A stretch of DNA of 64,000 nt, from positions 32,001 through 96,000 of IMG/VR virus record IMGVR_UViG_3300023053_000001, one strand, 5' to 3'. The notes under the pieces are model-generated. The model saw only the letters and a list, made by a program, of their open reading frames with translations. It was not told where the DNA came from and did not search any database. This DNA is from a virus (taxonomy: Duplodnaviria; Caudoviricetes). Both the position numbers and the translations under genes were made by a program. This document shows, one piece after another, positions 1 to 9,264 of the stretch (the first letter of the stretch is position 1; each line of letters starts with the position of its first letter).

Positions 1-906
1 AAGGAAGTCACGGACCATCTGACTGAGCTGGACTTCCAAGTCCGCAAGGATGGGAAGCTGCCGTCGTCCCAGCAGGGCGGCACTCCCAACGGCGGTGAGC
101 TGTTCCTCAACAATGAGGAGGTGCCGGCCTACCACGAAGACATCGTCTATGACGTCGGCGAACTGGGTCCGATCTACGGGCGCATGTGGCGCTACTGGCC
201 CAATCCGGACGGCACCGTCACCGATCAGCTGACGCAGGTACTCAACGACCTGCGCGATCGCCCGTTCTCCCGTCGCCACATCGTCATGGCGTGGAATCCG
301 TCCTTCCTGCCCGATGAACGCATCAGCGCGCAGGAGAACGTCAAGGCTGGCCGTCAGGCATTGGCGCCGTGCCACATGGGCTATCAGTTCATCGTCGAAC
401 AACTCGAGCGGGAGCAGCGCGTCCAGCTGTACATCGCGAAGAAGTACCCGGGCGGTCTGTGCGAGGCCCAGTCCTCGGCCGATCATCTGCTCGAGTTGGT
501 ACGCCTCAATGGTGAGCAGGTCGAAGAAGGTCGCAACTTCATGATCGATGAGATGCTGCGCCATAACGGCATCCCCGACAAGCGCCTGAACTGCGTGGTC
601 ATGCAGCGCTCGGCCGACATCCCGCTGGGCGTGCCGTACAACATCGCCAGCTATGCGATCCTCACCATGATGATCGCCAAGCAGCTGGACTTCGCCCTGG
701 GTGAGCTGGTCATGAACTTCCATGATGCGCACATCTACCAGAAGCAGATGGAAGGCGTGGCTGAACAGCTCCAGCGTGAGCCCAAGCCGCTGCCGCAGCT
801 TCTGCTCAACCCGGATGTGAAGAACATCTTCGACTACGAGTTCGAGGACTTCAAGCTGGTCGGTTACGACGCTCACCCCACCATCAAGTACGAGATCACC
901 GTCTGA
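1..906 (+). CDS. thyA: Thymidylate synthase (5' end outside window)
   Basis: Frame open from base 1; motifs LGPIYGRMW, SRRHIVMAWNP, ALAPCH (catalytic Cys), QRSADIPLGVPYNIASY, DAHIY. Confidence 0.95.
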   Translation, partial: KEVTDHLTELDFQVRKDGKLPSSQQGGTPNGGELFLNNEEVPAYHEDIVYDVGELGPIYGRMWRYWPNPDGTVTDQLTQVLNDLRDRPFSRRHIVMAWNPSFLPDERISAQENVKAGRQALAPCHMGYQFIVEQLEREQRVQLYIAKKYPGGLCEAQSSADHLLELVRLNGEQVEEGRNFMIDEMLRHNGIPDKRLNCVVMQRSADIPLGVPYNIASYAILTMMIAKQLDFALGELVMNFHDAHIYQKQMEGVAEQLQREPKPLPQLLLNPDVKNIFDYEFEDFKLVGYDAHPTIKYEITV

Positions 907-1376
907 TGAAGATTCTGAATCGGAAGTTCGGCACCGACATCGTACCGCGTGATCCGCGACTGAAACAGTTCGCCGGCAGGTTCTTGCGAGGAGCTAAATC
1001 GCTGGTCAGCTATCCTTTCGAGCCGGCACGCAGTTATCAGGTATTGGGCGAGTTCCCCCAATACTGCTTTGTGGAGAGCGCTCAGGTCAGCGTCATCTAC
1101 GTGGAGCGCAAGCTGCGTTGGTACCACCATCTGCTCAATCATCTCGGCGCGCGCTATAATGAGGTCCAAGAGATTCATCTGGACCCCATGACTGGCAACT
1201 TGCGTCGATACGGTGATGGCGGTACCACTGACATGATGGGCGATATTTCGCTGTACTTGCAGAAATATCGTCTGTACGTCAAGATCACCGAGATCGGCGT
1301 CTTGGAGGTGGCTAGCAGTGACCTCAGGACGCTGGGCATCGAACTCAAGGGTGAAGTTCGCTACCCTGACCGGTAA
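906..1376 (+). CDS. Hypothetical protein (156 aa)
   Basis: ATG overlaps thyA stop (TGATG); followed by terminator. Confidence 0.75.
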   Translation: MKILNRKFGTDIVPRDPRLKQFAGRFLRGAKSLVSYPFEPARSYQVLGEFPQYCFVESAQVSVIYVERKLRWYHHLLNHLGARYNEVQEIHLDPMTGNLRRYGDGGTTDMMGDISLYLQKYRLYVKITEIGVLEVASSDLRTLGIELKGEVRYPDR

Positions 1377-1388
1377 TCCGTCAACCCG

Positions 1389-1414
1389 CCCCTCCCCTTC
1401 GGGGGAGGGGTTTT
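1389..1414 (+). terminator. Intrinsic terminator
   Basis: cccctcccc-ttcg-ggggagggg-tttt. Confidence 0.8.
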
Positions 1415-1427
1415 ATGGAGGTGTGAT

Positions 1428-1571
1428 ATGTCATCTGCAGCAGCTGAATCCATTGCGCTCACCGTGGGTATCATCATCGGTGGGTTGATTCTGATCGGCA
1501 TCATGCTGGCCACGATGAAAGGAGATGATGCTCGCCGAGAGAAACGGTACGGCGGGGGAATTATCGAATGA
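1428..1571 (+). CDS. Small membrane protein (47 aa; below ORF-track cutoff)
   Basis: SD ggaggt; MSSAAAESIALTVGIIIGGLILIGIMLATMK...; ATGA overlap with next gene. Confidence 0.6.
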   Translation: MSSAAAESIALTVGIIIGGLILIGIMLATMKGDDARREKRYGGGIIE

Positions 1572-1846
1572 GCGCTATCTTCATTGTCCTTACAGTCACC
1601 GTCGGTGTACTGATACTCGGCGCCTGGCTGTCTGGTCATTGGGAGAAGTTCTGGCACGAGCGCATGGTGGAAGATTTGATGCGGCTGGACCAAAGCGGCG
1701 TTCCGCTATCATGGGAGGTGTTCCTCCGACTTCCGCGCCGACATCGCCAGTTCCTCATCATCTCCAAAACCCCCTCGTTCCTGCGTGAAGAGTTGAACCG
1801 TAACACCGGGAATCGGACTGGATGTGAAGTCGTTGTAAAAATGTAG
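1568..1846 (+). CDS. Membrane-anchored hypothetical protein (92 aa)
   Basis: N-terminal hydrophobic helix; coupled start. Confidence 0.7.
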   Translation: MSAIFIVLTVTVGVLILGAWLSGHWEKFWHERMVEDLMRLDQSGVPLSWEVFLRLPRRHRQFLIISKTPSFLREELNRNTGNRTGCEVVVKM

Positions 1847-1902
1847 GAGCTGTGTTAATTGATTGATCGCACAGCCCCGCCATTCTTCTTGAGGTTCGCT
1901 TC

Positions 1903-2151
1903 ATGTCTGCCCAGCAAGCCATTACCAGTCTCGTTGATACCGTCAAGCAGCAGCATGCTGACAACTCCGGCGTCCAAGCCAATGTGATCAACATCGCTGA
2001 TTTCCAGGACCCGTCCACCCACAGCGCGACGCGCAATCTGTCGCAGCTGCGCAGTGCGCTGACCCGCGCCGGTATGGCCGTCGGTCTGTTCTCCACCAAG
2101 ACCACTGGCGATGGCCAGTACGAGCTGCGCACCGCGCCGATGGGTGCGTGA
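1903..2151 (+). CDS. Hypothetical protein (82 aa)
   Basis: SD gaggt, phage-typical codon usage. Confidence 0.7.
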   Translation: MSAQQAITSLVDTVKQQHADNSGVQANVINIADFQDPSTHSATRNLSQLRSALTRAGMAVGLFSTKTTGDGQYELRTAPMGA

Positions 2152-2354
2152 TGGCTAAGCGACGCGGCACCATGCTCTGGCGTCTGGGCGATCTGATCGC
2201 CAGCGCCCGTGAACTGACCATGAGCCCTGCTCACGGTTCCCCGTACGTACCCTGTCGCCCGCTGGGTCATGCCAGCTTGAAATATCGACTGCGCGCTGCC
2301 TGGATGGTTTTCACCGGGCGCGCTGACGTAGTCATCTGGCCTCACGGCCAGTAA
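2148..2354 (+). CDS. Hypothetical protein (68 aa)
   Basis: Overlaps upstream stop. Confidence 0.65.
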   Translation: MMAKRRGTMLWRLGDLIASARELTMSPAHGSPYVPCRPLGHASLKYRLRAAWMVFTGRADVVIWPHGQ

Positions 2355-2625
2355 GAACTTGCTCCTCCTGTAGCGTTGGGAACCAAGCTCTCCTAAGCCG
2401 GGGGTCCCGAGAAACTCACTGCCGTATGCATGCGCCCAAGGGTGCGGAAGGTCCGTGGTAGGTGTACCTGCCGCAACGACGTCTGCGTACGTTTCCTACC
2501 ATGCGGTGAGTGAAGTCTATAGGCCGGGGCAAGGCGTAACCGAGTGTAGCTGCGGGTGCAGACTCGGTGGTCGTGACTTTAATTGCATAGCCTCACAGTC
2601 ACGGGCTAAACGTTTAACCCGATCG
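2355..2625 (+). ncRNA. Candidate structured ncRNA (about 270 nt)
   Basis: No convincing ORF; helices 2414-2419/2506-2511, 2455-2462/2495-2502, 2539-2545/2562-2568, 2572-2578/2597-2603; followed by terminator. Confidence 0.45.
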
Positions 2626-2658
2626 AGCCCGGCCTGTAAAAGGGCCGGGCTTTTATTT
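2626..2658 (+). terminator. Intrinsic terminator
   Basis: agcccggcc...ggccgggct-tttattt. Confidence 0.85.
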
Positions 2659-2678
2659 CCTCATTCAGGAGTCCAGCC

Positions 2679-2876
2679 ATGCCCAGCGGTAATCACAAGA
2701 AATACGAAGACGGAACCAACAAGCTCATGGCTGAGCACAACATTCCCTTCCACGGCGCCAACGATGTCATGTACCTGCGTAAGCAGGGTCTGCCGGAAGG
2801 CTCGCCGCAGGAACAGCAACTGATCCAAGAGTACCAGCAGGGTCATAAGCCCGACGTCACCAAGTTCACCAAGTAG
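2679..2876 (+). CDS. Hypothetical protein (65 aa)
   Basis: SD aggag. Confidence 0.7.
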   Translation: MPSGNHKKYEDGTNKLMAEHNIPFHGANDVMYLRKQGLPEGSPQEQQLIQEYQQGHKPDVTKFTK

Positions 2877-2891
2877 TTCGAGGAGTTTTAA

Positions 2892-3371
2892 ATGCTGGTC
2901 GACGGTCCTCAACCCAACCGTGTCGAAATCGAAATTGCCCGACGTGAACGCATCGTGGCGGCAGCATATGCCTACGAGATCATGAGTGAGTCATTCATGA
3001 CCGATGCGCAGTATGATGCCCAATCCAAATTGATCAATCCGGCGATCGACACCGGCGATGAAGTTTCCGATCGGTTCTTCCGTGAGAAGTTCGCCGAGCA
3101 CACCGGGTCGTGGATTTACGAATATCCGGACCTGCACAAGGTCCGGCATCTGTACTTCACCAAGTACGCGTCGCCTTACTACCAGAAGCGCTACGCGATG
3201 GCTCTGGACATCGGGGAGAAAATGCATCGTGCATACCAAGACCTCGCGAATCGTCACAACCTTGAAAAGTCTGTGGCGCTTGATCGTTTCGATCCGACCT
3301 CACCCCATGGCCAGTTGATGGCCAGTACGCTGATGGTCTTGGACGAAGAGAACTACCTCCGGTTGCGGTAA
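2892..3371 (+). CDS. Protein with stand-alone NAD-dependent DNA ligase subdomain Ia-like region
   Basis: AAYAYE...MTDAQYD pattern resembles the Y-Y...isD.eYD motif of LigA domain Ia; no ligase catalytic core. Confidence 0.55.
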   Translation: MLVDGPQPNRVEIEIARRERIVAAAYAYEIMSESFMTDAQYDAQSKLINPAIDTGDEVSDRFFREKFAEHTGSWIYEYPDLHKVRHLYFTKYASPYYQKRYAMALDIGEKMHRAYQDLANRHNLEKSVALDRFDPTSPHGQLMASTLMVLDEENYLRLR

Positions 3372-3414
3372 GTCTGGAATCCTATGAGGGATCGTCCCTC
3401 ATAGGAGACCTTTT

Positions 3415-3645
3415 ATGATCGCACTGCTCTTGGCCCTGCTCGTGGGTCTGATGTTCCTCCCGGCCCTGATCGGCCTGTTCCTGATCTGGCATGTGGTCCG
3501 TCCTCAGAAGGCGCCGGCCGATACGTCCAACCGGATCAACAAGATCCGCCTCATCTGGTTTGTCCTCACTCGCGAGAACCTGTTCACCGGGGTCTTCGGG
3601 TGGCTCAAGCACGATGAACTGGACAATGTGACCCCCTACCAGTAA
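3415..3645 (+). CDS. Small membrane protein (76 aa)
   Basis: Long hydrophobic N-terminus; SD aggag. Confidence 0.7.
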   Translation: MIALLLALLVGLMFLPALIGLFLIWHVVRPQKAPADTSNRINKIRLIWFVLTRENLFTGVFGWLKHDELDNVTPYQ

Positions 3646-3755
3646 TTCTCAACAGACCTCCTAATGGTGTGACGTACGCCATGGTATCAGACCCGGCAGA
3701 AGCCTTTGGCAGCCGTATCCGTCTGAGTGGGTGCGTCACCATTAGGAGTGTCACC

Positions 3756-4472
3756 ATGTCTGAAGTAAACATGCAGTCGGCGATCGAGGAAATTCAGAAG
3801 AACGTCGACCGGCAACGCTACCGTCCCAAGCAGCTCATCTTCATCGTTCGTAAAGGGCCTAAGAATCGGGCATTGAGCGAACGTCAGCAGATTCTGTTTG
3901 AGCGATTGAAACACCTGATCGAACTGGACCTGATGTCCACCGAGCTGATCGCCACCGAAGGTCGTCGTACTGCGATGGATCGTAACTTCTTCCAGGATAC
4001 GATCGACGGCTATTCGCAGGAGTTCAAGTTCTCCGAGCGGACCGATAAGCTGATCTACAACCAGTTCCGTGAGATGCGGGCGACTGACGTCTTGCAGTTG
4101 GCTGATGTGGAAATCCTCATCATCGAGCCGGGTCAAGACTACCTCACTGCAGCTGACGCGTGGCTGTTCCAGGATCTGTCACTGTTGCGCATTCGCAACG
4201 CCCACGCGCCGCAGCGCGACTACACCAAGGTAGTGGAACGTGATCCGGAAGGTAATGATCATGAGAACTTCACCACGACCATCGCGCTGTACGGTAGGCT
4301 CTGGCATCCGTTCGAACTGATGGAGTCGGCCAACTTCGAGCTGAGTCGGATGCAGTTGGTGAGTCTCAACCCCAACGAGCATCCAGCTTTCCTCGGCGCC
4401 CACAGCGTGGCGGTAGAGAGTCCGGCTGATCCGACCAGTACGGCTCACTGCGACGCGGCAGCGCGTCTCTGA
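3756..4472 (+). CDS. Hypothetical protein (238 aa)
   Basis: ATG 3756 with SD aggag; no recognised motif. Confidence 0.75.
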   Translation: MSEVNMQSAIEEIQKNVDRQRYRPKQLIFIVRKGPKNRALSERQQILFERLKHLIELDLMSTELIATEGRRTAMDRNFFQDTIDGYSQEFKFSERTDKLIYNQFREMRATDVLQLADVEILIIEPGQDYLTAADAWLFQDLSLLRIRNAHAPQRDYTKVVERDPEGNDHENFTTTIALYGRLWHPFELMESANFELSRMQLVSLNPNEHPAFLGAHSVAVESPADPTSTAHCDAAARL

Positions 4473-4527
4473 AATAAGCGTTAGTGCAGCACCCTTCGGG
4501 GTGCTGCATCTATGCTGTTCCCATGAG

Positions 4528-4545
4528 TTTTGAAACCTATAATAC
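4528..4545 (+). promoter_or_regulatory. Putative phage promoter, motif copy 1
   Basis: ttttgaaacctataatac; matches copies at 10893, 15707 and 61687. Confidence 0.55.
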
Positions 4546-4587
4546 CCCGTGAAGTTCCTCACCCCAACCACTACCCTGGATCTTGTA

Positions 4588-4803
4588 ATGGCTAACGAAG
4601 GTTTGCAGTGCTCTCCGCTCCACCGTCCGATGTACACCGGCATTCCTGATGCCTGTGTGGCGATGACCCACTTCCAGCATGCGACCCGCAATGGCTTCAT
4701 GCCCAAGCCCGGTCCGGCTGCCAAGCCGATTCGCATCCACGGCGAGAAGTACGGACCGCAGGCCCATGTGCCGCTGGAACCGTCGTTCAACCTGGTGAAC
4801 TGA
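4588..4803 (+). CDS. Hypothetical protein (71 aa)
   Basis: First ATG after promoter motif. Confidence 0.6.
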   Translation: MANEGLQCSPLHRPMYTGIPDACVAMTHFQHATRNGFMPKPGPAAKPIRIHGEKYGPQAHVPLEPSFNLVN

Positions 4804-4804
4804 C

Positions 4805-5011
4805 ATGCGGCCCAGTTCAGTACGCACTCTGCTGTACCCACTGACAACGGCCATGCTGTCGGCGACTATCGGCCCCACCGCGACGGCCGTCAGTCTCCCC
4901 ACCGCCCCCATCGAGATCAACGCCGATGAATCGGCCAAGGTCACGGGGAACCGTCAACAACGGCGCGCTCAGCGCGCCATCGAACAGCGTGAACGTAAGC
5001 GGAGAAAGTAG
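4805..5011 (+). CDS. Hypothetical protein with signal-like N-terminus and basic tail (68 aa)
   Basis: Coupled to upstream stop. Confidence 0.55.
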   Translation: MRPSSVRTLLYPLTTAMLSATIGPTATAVSLPTAPIEINADESAKVTGNRQQRRAQRAIEQRERKRRK

Positions 5012-5217
5012 TGAGTCGGCATGACCCTGATTACGATGGCGATGGTATCCCCAACCGTCACATCGTCGGTAAACCCAGCGGCGGCATTCCCTTTGGAGTA
5101 GTCCTGCTGTTCTTCGCCATTCTTGGCGCCATTCTGGTGAGTTGCAATCATGAACGAACCCAAACCTGCCCGCCCTCCGGAAGTCGAAGCACCGTCACTG
5201 ATAGTGGTGCGCGGTGA
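5011..5217 (+). CDS. Small membrane protein (68 aa)
   Basis: Hydrophobic stretch ending in LVSC. Confidence 0.5.
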   Translation: MSRHDPDYDGDGIPNRHIVGKPSGGIPFGVVLLFFAILGAILVSCNHERTQTCPPSGSRSTVTDSGAR

Positions 5218-5305
5218 GCCGGATCTAGGGCGCCCCTTCTCCCTCCTGCTCGTGGCCGTGGTCATCGCAGCAGTGATACTGGGGTCTCTGCGCTGAGGAC
5301 ACTGA

Positions 5306-5572
5306 ATGCTGATTAGCTGGCACCCGTTAGGCTCTGACACAGGAGTCTGGAAAGAAGTCAATGGAGATGGCATCTTCATCCCACCTACGCGATCGGAGAA
5401 CTTCCGGGCGAAGTTTCAAGGTGAAGAGATTTTGGTGATTACCCAGTCGCAGCTTATGGTTCGACCCCTACCCCGGCGGACGGGGTGGATGCGAGTACCG
5501 CGTTACTTCCGAGCCGACACGCTCGAGGTGATGGCGATGCCCGACCAGTTCGAACCTGTCATCGAAGTATAA
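5306..5572 (+). CDS. Hypothetical protein (88 aa)
   Basis: SD gagga; hairpin follows. Confidence 0.65.
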   Translation: MLISWHPLGSDTGVWKEVNGDGIFIPPTRSENFRAKFQGEEILVITQSQLMVRPLPRRTGWMRVPRYFRADTLEVMAMPDQFEPVIEV

Positions 5573-5625
5573 ACCCTAGGCCCTCTGAAAGGAGGGCCTT
5601 ATGTCCCACAAGGAACGTAACCGCC

Positions 5626-6084
5626 ATGATTTCGCTGCCCGGTCTCATAGCGAACATAGTCGCAGCCCTGACGGGCGTCTTGATATACCTGCTGTACGTC
5701 AACCCACAGTTTCGCGACGGGGACGCCCTCAATCGGTTTGCTCGACATCCACCACAGAACCGTGATGAGTGGTCCACGTTGCACGATGCGTTCTATCGTG
5801 GTCTGTATGGACACAGTCGCACCCTCTTCAGTTTCAACCTCCATGGTTGGTACTTCGCAGTGAAGATGTGGGTGGCCATTCACCTCGTTTTCCTGTACGC
5901 CATTACCGCATGTCTGTACTTCCCCGTCCTCCACTGGACCGTGGCCGCGCTGCTGGGTTCTTCTGGAACTGTGGGATTGGCATCGTACTGGTACCGTTAC
6001 CGCGCAGTCACCAACTACCCTGGTCCTGTACACGATCCACATGCACCCAGCACTCGACGCAACATTCCACCGAGTGCGCACTAA
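5626..6084 (+). CDS. Multi-pass membrane protein (152 aa)
   Basis: SD aagga; three hydrophobic segments. Confidence 0.6.
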   Translation: MISLPGLIANIVAALTGVLIYLLYVNPQFRDGDALNRFARHPPQNRDEWSTLHDAFYRGLYGHSRTLFSFNLHGWYFAVKMWVAIHLVFLYAITACLYFPVLHWTVAALLGSSGTVGLASYWYRYRAVTNYPGPVHDPHAPSTRRNIPPSAH

Positions 6085-6163
6085 ATAAGTTGCCAGGGAT
6101 TCTGGCGACTTTATCACTGAGGGTAACACCTCTCGTTTCAAACGACAGCACAAGGAGAAATCT

Positions 6164-6610
6164 ATGTCGAGTATCAATGAATCAATCGTAGTACGTTTCA
6201 ACTCCCTCATCATCACCGCCGAAGAAGCAGATGAGGTAGCAGCACGACTGCAGCAGATGTTGCGCGTCACCGGTTCCGGTGGCATCGCATTCGCTGAAGC
6301 TAGCGGTATTTCGCTCCAGGGCGCGTGGGAAATCTCGTACAGTGGTACGGTCCGCTACCCGCAGCTCGGGAACTCGGGCAACTTCCACACCATCGAATTG
6401 GAAGCACGCGCCGGTACCGTGGAGGACCACACTGCGGATGTCATCCGCACCATCGTGGCCATGCGTGATGAATGCCTGCGTAACGCCTACCGCGATGCCC
6501 TGCGCAGCGTCTCCAATGACATCGCTCGCCTGAACGTGGACGAAGTCAACGCCGGCGACATGATGGACCATCTGAAGGCTATCCTCGAAGCGTTCCCCAA
6601 CACCAACTGA
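6164..6610 (+). CDS. Hypothetical protein (148 aa)
   Basis: SD aaggag; hairpin after stop. Confidence 0.75.
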   Translation: MSSINESIVVRFNSLIITAEEADEVAARLQQMLRVTGSGGIAFAEASGISLQGAWEISYSGTVRYPQLGNSGNFHTIELEARAGTVEDHTADVIRTIVAMRDECLRNAYRDALRSVSNDIARLNVDEVNAGDMMDHLKAILEAFPNTN

Positions 6611-6691
6611 CGGTAAACTGTTAGTCGTGAAATGGAGACTCCCTACGGGGAGTCTTCCCACTCTTGCCCTTACTAGACCTCTATCACCTCA

Positions 6692-6847
6692 ATGCTTACT
6701 CTGAATAACGTCAAAGCTGGTTCCTTCATGCACAACTTCCTCCTGAGCCGTGGCGCTAAAGCCCCGCAGCCGGTGGAGTCATTCGCCATTCCTTCTTCTG
6801 AGTTCAAGCCCTCGACGGGGCCTGAATTCGAATTCGACGATTTGTGA
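6692..6847 (+). CDS. Possible small protein (51 aa, acidic C-terminus EFEFDDL)
   Basis: Fills intergenic gap; no clear SD. Confidence 0.35.
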   Translation: MLTLNNVKAGSFMHNFLLSRGAKAPQPVESFAIPSSEFKPSTGPEFEFDDL

Positions 6848-6854
6848 GACTGCC

Positions 6855-7484
6855 ATGACCCGCAAGTATAGCTCGCTCGAATTGTCCGCACCCAAAGCAG
6901 AGCATGACATCTACGTCATTGCTGTGTGTCAGCTGGTGCAAGTGTTACTCTCAGGCTTTGGTCGCTTCAAAAGCTTCCGTAGGTTTGCACGCCCCGACTA
7001 CGATCTGTGGATGGGGTTTGTCCAGAATCATGTTCGCGCCAATCCCGACTCGGGACTGATGGCCATGATCAAACCGGACGGTTTGTGGATGACCACCACC
7101 AGTGATGGGACGATCACCGGAACGATCAAACACTGTGAGCAAGACCTCCCGCAGGGTCGGCAGCCATACCCGGTCTCAACGGTCGTCAACATCGTCTCAC
7201 TGCTCCGCCGCATGTTTGAGCGACGTGGGGTCAAGTGTTATCACGCCCCGCGTGCTGATCGTTTGAGGGGCCCTCTGGGGGTGGATCAGATCTTCACTGA
7301 ACTGCCCGTGTTCGATGTCGATGAATGTGTGGGCGCCGTCCTTGCAGACGGTAGCCGCACGATTGTCATCGCCGTCTACGAAGGTGAGGTTCACCTCTAC
7401 GACGAAGCCGAACCCGAGCGCGGGCACGTGTTCAAGTTCGCCACCTACAACCCGGCCCTTGCGGGCTCTCTGCCGGAACTCTGA
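6855..7484 (+). CDS. Hypothetical protein (209 aa)
   Basis: Long ORF; start uncertain. Confidence 0.7.
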   Translation: MTRKYSSLELSAPKAEHDIYVIAVCQLVQVLLSGFGRFKSFRRFARPDYDLWMGFVQNHVRANPDSGLMAMIKPDGLWMTTTSDGTITGTIKHCEQDLPQGRQPYPVSTVVNIVSLLRRMFERRGVKCYHAPRADRLRGPLGVDQIFTELPVFDVDECVGAVLADGSRTIVIAVYEGEVHLYDEAEPERGHVFKFATYNPALAGSLPEL

Positions 7485-7485
7485 C

Positions 7486-7848
7486 ATGCTCTACTATTAC
7501 CTGTGGTGTGCATTGTACGTGTGTTGCGCAGCCTACGCAGCCTTCGGACTGATCGTGGTATATGAAGATGTGGTCATGGATCGCATGGCCTTCTACAAGC
7601 GGTCGCGGTGGCGTGACTACTACCGACATCCGTTCCGGTCCATGTTCAAGAACCTGACGATACCGGCTGTTCTCATCATCGTGGCGACCTTCAGTCTGGC
7701 CATGGGTGAAACCTACCGGGCCGATCCGATGCTGACATGGTACGAGCGAATCGGAGGTTCACTGATCTGGGCTTGGTTCTGGGCCCGTCTGTTGCAGAGT
7801 GCCTACATGTACTTCGGTACGGCACATGCGCGTCGCCATGCGACATAG
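7486..7848 (+). CDS. Membrane protein (120 aa)
   Basis: Three hydrophobic segments; coupled start. Confidence 0.65.
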   Translation: MLYYYLWCALYVCCAAYAAFGLIVVYEDVVMDRMAFYKRSRWRDYYRHPFRSMFKNLTIPAVLIIVATFSLAMGETYRADPMLTWYERIGGSLIWAWFWARLLQSAYMYFGTAHARRHAT

Positions 7849-7851
7849 CGA

Positions 7852-7905
7852 CATAACTCCCTCCACCCCGCAAAGGGTGGAGGGAGAGGCTATGCCTTTT
7901 TTCTT
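7852..7905. terminator. Hairpin between convergent genes
   Basis: ctccctccaccc-gcaa-...gggtggagggag followed by T-tract. Confidence 0.7.
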
Positions 7906-7908
7906 GGC

Positions 7909-9186
7909 TTAGGCAGCCGGCGCGGCGGCCGGAGCAGCAGCCGGCGCGGCGGCCGAAGTAGCGGCAGCCACTTCTTCACGAGCCTTCAGCATGGCGCTCA
8001 GGAACGCGTACATGTTGCGCAGGCCGATCACTTCCAGCTGACCCAGCGTGTGCAGCAGACGGCCGGAGAGGTTTTCCAGGGCAGCAGCCACATGCAGGTA
8101 GCTCGGATCGGTGATGTTGGCGACCTTCTGCTCGGCATGGGCCATGCCGGTCTGCACCTTGTTCGTCTCGGCCATCGCTTCGTCCAACGTCTTCAACGAA
8201 GCATCGGCGGACTTGATGGCGGCGGCCAGTTCACCCTTGGTGTAGGTGTATTCCTGCGACTGGCTTTCGGCATCGCCGCCGGCGTTGGGTACGAGGGAGA
8301 AGGTGATGCCGTTCAGGTAATGAACAGCGGTCTGGGCTTCGCCATCGAGGTCGCCTTCCGGGGCCTTCATCACCACATCGAACGGCGTTTCCACACCATG
8401 ACGACCGCCGTAGATACGGTAGACGTCGCCTTCCTTCTTGGCCCGGGCCTTGAGCTTGGCCACGCCGGCGTGGATGCCCTTGGTCGCTTCCAGCACGCGA
8501 CGCAGCGCTTCGTTTTCATCGCCGAACATCATCAGTACCGGGGTGATCGCATCGGTGAGCGGACGCAGGTTGTGCGTGCCGATCATGTTGCCGATCAGCT
8601 CATCGCCGAGCAGCTTGCCGTTGTAGGTCATCATGTCGTGGATGGCCGGATGCATGCGAACGGTCACCTTCTCGCCGGAGAGGCTTTCCACGTGCTTGGC
8701 AGCAGCTTCAACGGCGGCCTTCACGCGATCGCGGCCGGAGGTGATTTGGGCCCACACCTTCTTGATGTAAGCCTTCACGCGGGCCACGGCGGCCTGGATG
8801 GCTGCGATGATGCGCTTGATCAGGCTTTCGTTGGCTTCGGCCTTGACGGCAGTCTGCGCTTCCGGGGTAGCGTCTTCTTCCATCGACGGCAGGGTGATGT
8901 TGAAGCGCGCCAGGTGATGGTCCAGAATGATGCCGACGGCGCGGTGCGCGGCCGGGGAAGTCGAGCCGGCGAGCGATTCGACGGCAGCCTGCAGGTTCTG
9001 GGCCGAACCCAGCTCGTCCTGCAGATCTTCGATCTGGCCAGCGGTGTCGTCCATCTGGCTCTGCACTTCCTGCAGATCGCCGGCAGCAGCGGACAGCTCT
9101 TCCTGCAGTTCTTCCAGCGAGGGCAGGGCGATGCCAGCGGGGGTCTTCGGCGCGAAGGCGGCATGCAGCATGGTGCGTGCGTTCAT
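7909..9186 (-). CDS. phiKZ-like internal head protein (425 aa)
   Basis: Acidic coiled-coil propeptide with S-x-E sites (LPSLEE, LPSMEE), then IIAAIQAAVARVKAYIKKVW amphipathic helix. Confidence 0.7.
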   Translation of the reverse strand: MNARTMLHAAFAPKTPAGIALPSLEELQEELSAAAGDLQEVQSQMDDTAGQIEDLQDELGSAQNLQAAVESLAGSTSPAAHRAVGIILDHHLARFNITLPSMEEDATPEAQTAVKAEANESLIKRIIAAIQAAVARVKAYIKKVWAQITSGRDRVKAAVEAAAKHVESLSGEKVTVRMHPAIHDMMTYNGKLLGDELIGNMIGTHNLRPLTDAITPVLMMFGDENEALRRVLEATKGIHAGVAKLKARAKKEGDVYRIYGGRHGVETPFDVVMKAPEGDLDGEAQTAVHYLNGITFSLVPNAGGDAESQSQEYTYTKGELAAAIKSADASLKTLDEAMAETNKVQTGMAHAEQKVANITDPSYLHVAAALENLSGRLLHTLGQLEVIGLRNMYAFLSAMLKAREEVAAATSAAAPAAAPAAAPAA

Positions 9187-9264
9187 GGGTGAAGCTCCTG
9201 AATTGGGTGTCCGAAAGTGGACGTTGAAAAGCCTTGGCGTTCAGCCAAAGTCATACGATGCGAA

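Noticed and set aside
2455-2520. Possible tmRNA or SRP identity of the 2.4-kb element
   Set aside because: No tRNA-like acceptor/T arm with CCA, no Ala-rich tag frame and no SRP core motif.
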